25,309 nt of DNA from the IMG/VR virus record IMGVR_UViG_3300041405_000148, positions 1-25,309 of that record. One strand, given 5' to 3'. The position numbers were made by a program, and so were the translations under genes. Source of the DNA: a virus (taxonomy: Duplodnaviria > Heunggongvirae > Uroviricota > Caudoviricetes). The notes under the pieces are model-generated. The model ran no database searches. It saw only the letters and a list, made by a program, of their open reading frames with translations, and was not told the DNA's origin. Below, piece by piece: positions 1 through 5,590 of this stretch (its first letter is position 1; each line of letters opens with the position of its first letter).

Positions 1-47
1 TAAATTAGCACTTCAATTAATTGGGATTGAGAAAGAGGAAATTGAAA

Positions 48-248
48 ATGAATAAACAAGTCATTGTACAGCAAAAAGGTGGAGTTGGATTCTTAGGACT
101 TCTGACAATTGCCTTCATTGTTTTAAAGCTCATGGGAGTTATTGCATGGAGTTGGTTTTGGGTGCTAAGTCCAATTCTGATCCCAGTTATTCTTGCCCTT
201 CTGGGTTTTGTAGTTTTTATCATTGCAGCAGTAATTGCATCTAAATAA
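48..248 (+). CDS. Small two-TM phage membrane protein (66 aa)
   Basis: ATG at 48 follows GAGGAA (35-40) and is preferred over the TTG at 21. Two hydrophobic stretches flank WSWFWVLSPILIP, a motif I recall from a widespread phage membrane-protein family. Confidence 0.8.
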   Translation: MNKQVIVQQKGGVGFLGLLTIAFIVLKLMGVIAWSWFWVLSPILIPVILALLGFVVFIIAAVIASK

Positions 249-271
249 ATTAAAAGAGGAGAATTAAATAT

Positions 272-1294
272 ATGACAGTTCAAACCGTAATCAACCCAAT
301 TGACAACTCTGAAGTAACTCTGATCGAAGGTGTTATCCAGCGTATTATTTACAAGCCAGTTAAAAATGGTGTAGATAAATTTGGTAATACTCACAATGCC
401 ACCCTTCAGATCGACGGTGACTACATCAACTTTATTTCTATGAAAGTTAAAGAAGGTCGTGAACCTCAACTTCAGAAAGTATCTGGTACAGCACCGAACC
501 TTCAGTGGGAAGATATTAACGAAGGTGACACTGTTAAGGTTGTAGTTAAAGTTGGTGAATACAATGGCAAACCTCAGTATACCTCTGGTACATCTAAAAT
601 TAATATTCTGAAGAAAGGTGAAGGTGTTTCAAAACCAACTCAGAAAACACCTGTACAGAAGCCTGCAAACACTGGAGGCAATAAGAAAGTCTTTGGTGAG
701 ATCACTAATATTACCAATGGGGTTGCAAGCGTAGCTGATGAGAATGGTGAAGTTAAAGTTGTACTGGGTACTCATCAGACCGAAGTTAAGGTTGGCGGGC
801 GAGTAACTGCCTTTATTGATGCTACAGGTGTTATCGTTTCTGGCTTTAAATTCTACCCAGCTAAAGTTGCTAAAGATGATTTGGGCATTAAAGTTGGCAA
901 TAGTTTCAGTGTAGCTCTTGAGGCAGGTTTCGTTACGGCTTCTAAAGACATTGTAGAAACACTCCCAGAGCTTGTAGGGAAGATTGATACTGCTCGTGAT
1001 GCTGTGGCTAAGGAAAACTCTTCAATGGATTCTTATGCCCTTGGGGCGCGTTTTGGACAGAGTGTTGTGTCAGCTGCCCGGCTTGCTAAAAAAGGTACAG
1101 GTATTGACAAAATTCTTGACGAAGCAGTTGTGATCTTCAATGCACTAAATCAGGTTGAAGCAACAGTTCGTTCAGGTAATGAAACTGCAAAACTGGAACC
1201 TTCTAAGACTGTGAGTGCAGCTCCAGAGCCACAGGCAGATGTGCCATTCAATGATGGTTCAGAAGTGGATTGGGATGATACAATCCCATTTTAA
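272..1294 (+). CDS. Single-stranded DNA-binding protein (T5 D11-like), 340 aa
   Basis: GAGGAG RBS. Two beta-rich OB-fold-like segments, a helical domain and a Pro/Ala linker. The acidic C-terminus DWDDTIPF resembles the bacterial SSB tail DFDDDIPF. Confidence 0.72.
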   Translation: MTVQTVINPIDNSEVTLIEGVIQRIIYKPVKNGVDKFGNTHNATLQIDGDYINFISMKVKEGREPQLQKVSGTAPNLQWEDINEGDTVKVVVKVGEYNGKPQYTSGTSKINILKKGEGVSKPTQKTPVQKPANTGGNKKVFGEITNITNGVASVADENGEVKVVLGTHQTEVKVGGRVTAFIDATGVIVSGFKFYPAKVAKDDLGIKVGNSFSVALEAGFVTASKDIVETLPELVGKIDTARDAVAKENSSMDSYALGARFGQSVVSAARLAKKGTGIDKILDEAVVIFNALNQVEATVRSGNETAKLEPSKTVSAAPEPQADVPFNDGSEVDWDDTIPF

Positions 1295-1298
1295 GGTT

Positions 1299-1317
1299 TA
1301 AATAAATAAATAAATAA
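1299..1317. repeat. (TAAA)4.75 short tandem repeat
   Basis: taaa taaa taaa taaa taa directly abuts the terminator hairpin and supplies the U-rich tail on the minus strand. Confidence 0.85.
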
Positions 1318-1337
1318 GGCTCCCATTTGGGAGCCTT
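1316..1337. terminator. Bidirectional intrinsic terminator between convergent transcription units
   Basis: aaggctccc-attt-gggagcctt perfect 9-bp stem with T-rich tails on both strands, lying between convergent stops at 1294 and 1344. Confidence 0.88.
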
Positions 1338-1343
1338 TATTGT

Positions 1344-2510
1344 TTATACCGACATTCCGGTTGTTGCTAGTTCTGTAAAAGGATATACGACTGCTCCAGA
1401 CAATCCTACAAGTACAGGATTTGATGAAGGAGCACCACAGCCATACAACTTACCACCAAGAAGCATTATATTAGAGACTATAGGGTTTGTATTAGCTCTA
1501 ATGGTTAAGATGGTTCCATTTGGAATATAAGATGGCATCTGCGTATAGACTGCTAAATTAGAAGATGGTAGATCCCCTACCTGTACACCTCTTGCTGTAT
1601 TATTAACACCTGTATAATAAAACGTTCCATTATTATTTAAAAATGTATGACCAACAGAAGCGGTAATAGTAAGTGAGGTAGGATCTGTAACTGAAAATAT
1701 TGAGGTTTTAGTTGTCCTAAAGTTTTCTGTTGTATAAGGACTATTTACACCATCTCCTAATTGCCCTAAATATTCTACACCAAGACCATAAATATCATAA
1801 CCTGTAGATGTTTTCTTATAGTAGATGTTATCTCTAGTACCAATAGAAAAATCCTCTACACCTGTATCAATAGTTACGAGATTAGGATTGCTTGTTGTCA
1901 AACTTCCCATATTACCTAACTGGGATCTGCCTGCGCCTTTAAATGTTCCATCTGTATAAAGTATGTATACTGTATTGTCAAATCCAGATTGACCCACATC
2001 TACTTTTTTAACACCTGTTTCAGTCTTTAGTACCATATTTGGGTAAGCACCACCTGTAGCTCCTGTGAACATAGCTCCTGTCGAATTACTTCCCATTATG
2101 CCCATAGTACCATCAGTAAAACATAGTGCAAAGTTTTCAGCACCAACACCGCCATCATTTACAGTTTTAGCTGAAACAGCCGACATAAAGTTTGTGATAT
2201 CTGTTAAGGTATAAACAAAAGTTGTAATGTTACCCTTTAAAGGTGTTTGCAATCCTGTAAATAACCATGTATTATCCTTCTTATGGATAACAAGAGTAGA
2301 TGTACCCAACCAGAAGCTAGAAACAGAATCAGAGATAAGTGTCCATGTTGTCACGTTAGTATTACCATTACCTAAAACAACACCACTACCTACACCATAT
2401 AATTTACCTGTATCTGTTAAAGCAATAAGAGTACCTGCATTTCTTTGTGCTCTTACAATATTAATATTGTTTACTGTTTTCTTTTGCGCAGCTATTAACA
2501 TTTCAAGCAT
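1344..2510 (-). CDS. RCC1/BLIP-II-like beta-propeller virion protein, putative fibre-associated adhesin (388 aa)
   Basis: Blade-like repeats about 50 aa apart: ALTDTGKLYGVG, LCFTDGTMGIMGSN, ILYTDGTFKGAGRSQLGNMG, IYGLGVEYLGQLGDG, LNNNGTFYYTGVN, LLGGKLYGCG. AGGAG RBS. Last gene of the tail module. Confidence 0.7.
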   Translation of the reverse strand: MLEMLIAAQKKTVNNINIVRAQRNAGTLIALTDTGKLYGVGSGVVLGNGNTNVTTWTLISDSVSSFWLGTSTLVIHKKDNTWLFTGLQTPLKGNITTFVYTLTDITNFMSAVSAKTVNDGGVGAENFALCFTDGTMGIMGSNSTGAMFTGATGGAYPNMVLKTETGVKKVDVGQSGFDNTVYILYTDGTFKGAGRSQLGNMGSLTTSNPNLVTIDTGVEDFSIGTRDNIYYKKTSTGYDIYGLGVEYLGQLGDGVNSPYTTENFRTTKTSIFSVTDPTSLTITASVGHTFLNNNGTFYYTGVNNTARGVQVGDLPSSNLAVYTQMPSYIPNGTILTIRANTNPIVSNIMLLGGKLYGCGAPSSNPVLVGLSGAVVYPFTELATTGMSV

Positions 2511-2511
2511 A

Positions 2512-3147
2512 TTAACTCCTAAATGTATCCGGGACTTCTGGTAGATCTTCTACTTTAGTTGCTGAGTTTACTGAAGATGTAAATGCCCAATATTGCATAT
2601 ATATTTTATATCTGTAAGATAAAGATTGTGAAATAAAATCTAATGCTTGTTGTTTAGTTAACGTAGTTTTAAATTTTTCATTAAAGTAGTAACTAAAAGT
2701 AGTATCAGAAGAAGAATTAACATAAGCTTCAAAACAAATAAGTTTTGCAATATCCTCATCAGTAAGTTTCGTTGTTAATTGTTCATCGTCTAAGGTGAAG
2801 GAATAACCTTGGTCTAAATCATTTTGAATAATAAGGGAAGTAGAGTCAATCTTTTCTTGTTTTGATTGTGCAAGAACTTGGATTAACTCTTCTTCTGTAT
2901 AATTTCTGGATGTGTAGGTTTTATACCACTTACCATCTTCACCTTTAGCAGGAGTACCTTCAGTAATAACATCACCTTCAGGGATTTCACTATCAAGAAC
3001 AGGAAAATAGCCAAAAGGTTCTAGTACTTCTTGTTGAGGTGTTTCAGGAAAACTAACATTTTTATATTCATTTCTTACATCATTAAAATATTTAGGATAA
3101 CTCATATCCCCTATTCTAATTAATCTTGTATACGGTAAAATAGTCAT
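2512..3147 (-). CDS. Tail fibre assembly/chaperone-like protein (DUF4376-like C-terminus), 211 aa
   Basis: Acidic protein immediately downstream of the fibre gene. Its PxxxxKWYKTYTSRNYTEEEL motif, helical C-terminus and VNSATKVEDL ending are typical of fibre-assembly proteins. Confidence 0.6.
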   Translation of the reverse strand: MTILPYTRLIRIGDMSYPKYFNDVRNEYKNVSFPETPQQEVLEPFGYFPVLDSEIPEGDVITEGTPAKGEDGKWYKTYTSRNYTEEELIQVLAQSKQEKIDSTSLIIQNDLDQGYSFTLDDEQLTTKLTDEDIAKLICFEAYVNSSSDTTFSYYFNEKFKTTLTKQQALDFISQSLSYRYKIYMQYWAFTSSVNSATKVEDLPEVPDTFRS

Positions 3148-3160
3148 TTATTTCTCTCTT

Positions 3161-3184
3161 AAAAAGGAGAGGTATTTCCTCTCC
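3161..3184 (-). terminator. Intrinsic terminator after collagen fibre gene
   Basis: ggagagg-tattt-cctctcc stem (3166-3184) followed by TTTTT on the minus strand. Confidence 0.75.
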
Positions 3185-3192
3185 ATTAAATA

Positions 3193-5538
3193 TTAATAAC
3201 CCGCAGGAGTGAATCCATTTAAATGTGCTCCGGTCCAGTAGAGTATTACTGTAGTTTCTGTAGTAGCAAACACTGGAGCAATACCTCCTGACCAATTTAC
3301 TGTATTTGTCCAAGATACAGCGCCAGAATTACCTGTAAAGGTAATTACAATAGGCATTGATCTTCCTGTTGGTAGATTAGTTATTGAAAGTGTCCTGGCA
3401 GTACTTAAATCAACAGTAAATGTTTGGTTTGAAGAAACATCAAGTGTAGCTGTTGTAGCTACTATTGATAAATCATAACGATTTAACCTTCTCCATGCAC
3501 CATTAGAGCGAACATACTGTTGGCCTGCAACGGCTGGTGCTTCATCTATTGGTGTGAAAGTTACCCATGCTCCACTATTTCTGGCATAAAAAGTACCATC
3601 ATTTGGGGCATCTGAAATACCAGCTGCAACAACAGCCCAACCACCATTTTTTCTGGCATATTGTGACCCATCATTTGGTGCTTCTCTTACTGCAAGTGAA
3701 GACCAAGCTCCATCTTGACGTACATATGGGGTTCCATCACTAGGTGCATCATAAACATTACCACCGCCAAAAGTACCAAGTTGTGACCACTGTGTGTCGC
3801 TGGTTTTTTGGTAATAGATGTTGGTGTCACGATCTATGTAAAAATCACCTTGGCGGCCTGTAACAGCATTTGGTGGTCCAGATAAGTTTATCCATAACGT
3901 ACCTTGTTCACCTTGAATACCTTGAGCACCATCCTGACCGTCAGGCCCTGCTGGACCTACAGGACCAATATTAGTCCCCATATTAACCCAAGAATTACCA
4001 TCCCAGATGTAGGTTTCTCCATTGACATAATACATATCTGCCACATTATTACCAGTTGTTGGCAGGTTTGCAACGTCAGTTAGGTAACCTTTGGCTAATA
4101 CAGAATGTCCGTCTGCACCATCTGTCCCGTCTGTCCCATTCGTACCGTCCGTACCATCTCTTCCGTTTACACCATCTGTGCCTTTGGCACCGTCTAGCCC
4201 TTGGTAAGAAACAGAGTAGCTTGTTACTGTTGTTGAATCTGTTAAAGTGTATAGTACCCTAGTCCACAGGTATTGACCTTGTGCTAAGATTGGCACTGTC
4301 GATGACCAAACTCCAGTTGGAGGTGTGGTTGGGTCAAGACTTAGTTGATATGTAACATCAGTGCTGGCTATTCCAATTCCGTCTTTTCCGTCAACACCAT
4401 CCTCTCCTGCAATCTTACCAACATTTGTAAAACTTGTTGCATCAGTTAACCAGATAAAAAGTTCATTATCTGCACCAACCAGATATGCATCACCAGCAGA
4501 AGCTGTTGTAGGTAAGTCAGATTGTGTATCTAGATGATCAAGGATCTCAATCCCTGCACCATCCTTGCCCGGCACACCTTGTATACCTTGTGGTCCATCA
4601 ATGCCATCCCGGCCATCCTTTCCGTCCAGACCGTCTTTTCCATCTACACCATCAGCACCCGGATCACCTTTAGTGCCTTGTGGGCCTTGTATTTTACCTA
4701 AGTTTACCCATGATGCCCCATTTGAAACGAATGCTTCTAGATTTATAACATAAAGCCAATTAAGATTATCTTGACCAGATTGAGGTAAACTGTTAACATC
4801 TGCCAGTGTTCCCCTGAAATCAAGAGCTACAGCATTAGCACCTTGTGGACCAGTAGAACCTTGTGGACCAGGATCTCCTTTAACACCTTTTTGAGCTATT
4901 AAGAAGTCAGTTTGTGTCCCTTGATTACCAGCCGCTAACCAAATTTGATATGTCGATTTACCTTCAGGTCCTTGCTCACCAACAACAGACCATTGTGTTG
5001 AATCCCAAACCCACATTTGCTCTTGGATAATGTAAGCATCACCAGGTTTGTTATTAGTTTTTGGTAGATTATCTGTAGAAGCAAAAGACCCTCGTATGTT
5101 TAAGCCAGAGCCAGTTGTACCCTTTAATGAGTCCAACCATTGTTGTTCTGTTTTTACTGGTGAGTCTGTAGTTGTATCTACATAAATTTCGTAAGCGGAT
5201 TTACCGCCTGGAGATTTTTCTAAAGAAAGTACCCTATTGTCAAGGTTTTTGTAATCAGAGGAAATTGCATCTAAGTAACTACCATTACCTCTGTTAATCC
5301 AAGCAATAGAGGATACACCACCTGTATCATTAGGTACAGAGTTTTTTGGAACCACCTTAGGTAGGCTACCCATCCATTGGTAATAGTTACCATCTCCACC
5401 TGATGAAGTTGACCACAGAAGGATCTCTCTTTGTTGTGTTAAAGTAAAACCAGTAGAGAAAGAACCTCTCTTTCTATAATAAGCTTCTTCTGTATCAGAA
5501 GTGTAACTATTTGGCCTTGTTAATTTAAATTCTGCCAT
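3193..5538 (-). CDS. Collagen-like long tail fibre (781 aa) with tailspike N-terminal head, repeated knob modules and foldon-like repeats
   Basis: ATG at 5538 follows GAGGA. Several G-X-Y runs (GPQGSTGPQG, GVDGKDGLDGKDGRDG, GTDGTNGTDGTDG). N-terminal GSFxxGFTL...YYQWxGxLPKVVP...GGxxxxAW motif. Four [DE]APxDGxxYxRxxGxW repeats. Confidence 0.88.
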   Translation of the reverse strand: MAEFKLTRPNSYTSDTEEAYYRKRGSFSTGFTLTQQREILLWSTSSGGDGNYYQWMGSLPKVVPKNSVPNDTGGVSSIAWINRGNGSYLDAISSDYKNLDNRVLSLEKSPGGKSAYEIYVDTTTDSPVKTEQQWLDSLKGTTGSGLNIRGSFASTDNLPKTNNKPGDAYIIQEQMWVWDSTQWSVVGEQGPEGKSTYQIWLAAGNQGTQTDFLIAQKGVKGDPGPQGSTGPQGANAVALDFRGTLADVNSLPQSGQDNLNWLYVINLEAFVSNGASWVNLGKIQGPQGTKGDPGADGVDGKDGLDGKDGRDGIDGPQGIQGVPGKDGAGIEILDHLDTQSDLPTTASAGDAYLVGADNELFIWLTDATSFTNVGKIAGEDGVDGKDGIGIASTDVTYQLSLDPTTPPTGVWSSTVPILAQGQYLWTRVLYTLTDSTTVTSYSVSYQGLDGAKGTDGVNGRDGTDGTNGTDGTDGADGHSVLAKGYLTDVANLPTTGNNVADMYYVNGETYIWDGNSWVNMGTNIGPVGPAGPDGQDGAQGIQGEQGTLWINLSGPPNAVTGRQGDFYIDRDTNIYYQKTSDTQWSQLGTFGGGNVYDAPSDGTPYVRQDGAWSSLAVREAPNDGSQYARKNGGWAVVAAGISDAPNDGTFYARNSGAWVTFTPIDEAPAVAGQQYVRSNGAWRRLNRYDLSIVATTATLDVSSNQTFTVDLSTARTLSITNLPTGRSMPIVITFTGNSGAVSWTNTVNWSGGIAPVFATTETTVILYWTGAHLNGFTPAGY
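3484..3757 (-). repeat. Four tandem T4-fibritin foldon-like peptide repeats (~23 aa)
   Basis: DAPSDGTPYVRQDGAW, EAPNDGSQYARKNGGW, DAPNDGTFYARNSGAW and EAPAVAGQQYVRSNGAW, compared with T4 foldon [16 protein letters not shown]. Confidence 0.85.
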
Positions 5539-5555
5539 CTTATCCTCAATCACTT

Positions 5556-5581
5556 AAAATAAAGGCCACTCTGTGTGGCCT
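5556..5581 (-). terminator. Intrinsic terminator after tailspike gene
   Basis: aggccac-tctgt-gtggcct stem (5563-5581) followed by TTATTTT on the minus strand. Confidence 0.7.
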
Positions 5582-5590
5582 ATTTAATTA

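Noticed and set aside
17-469. 150-aa minus-strand ORF
   Set aside because: Antisense to two well-supported plus-strand genes that have RBSs; no recognisable motif.
3900-4970. Periodic DNA repeats as a CRISPR-like or non-coding array
   Set aside because: The 9-nt periodicity is explained by G-X-Y codons within an open reading frame.
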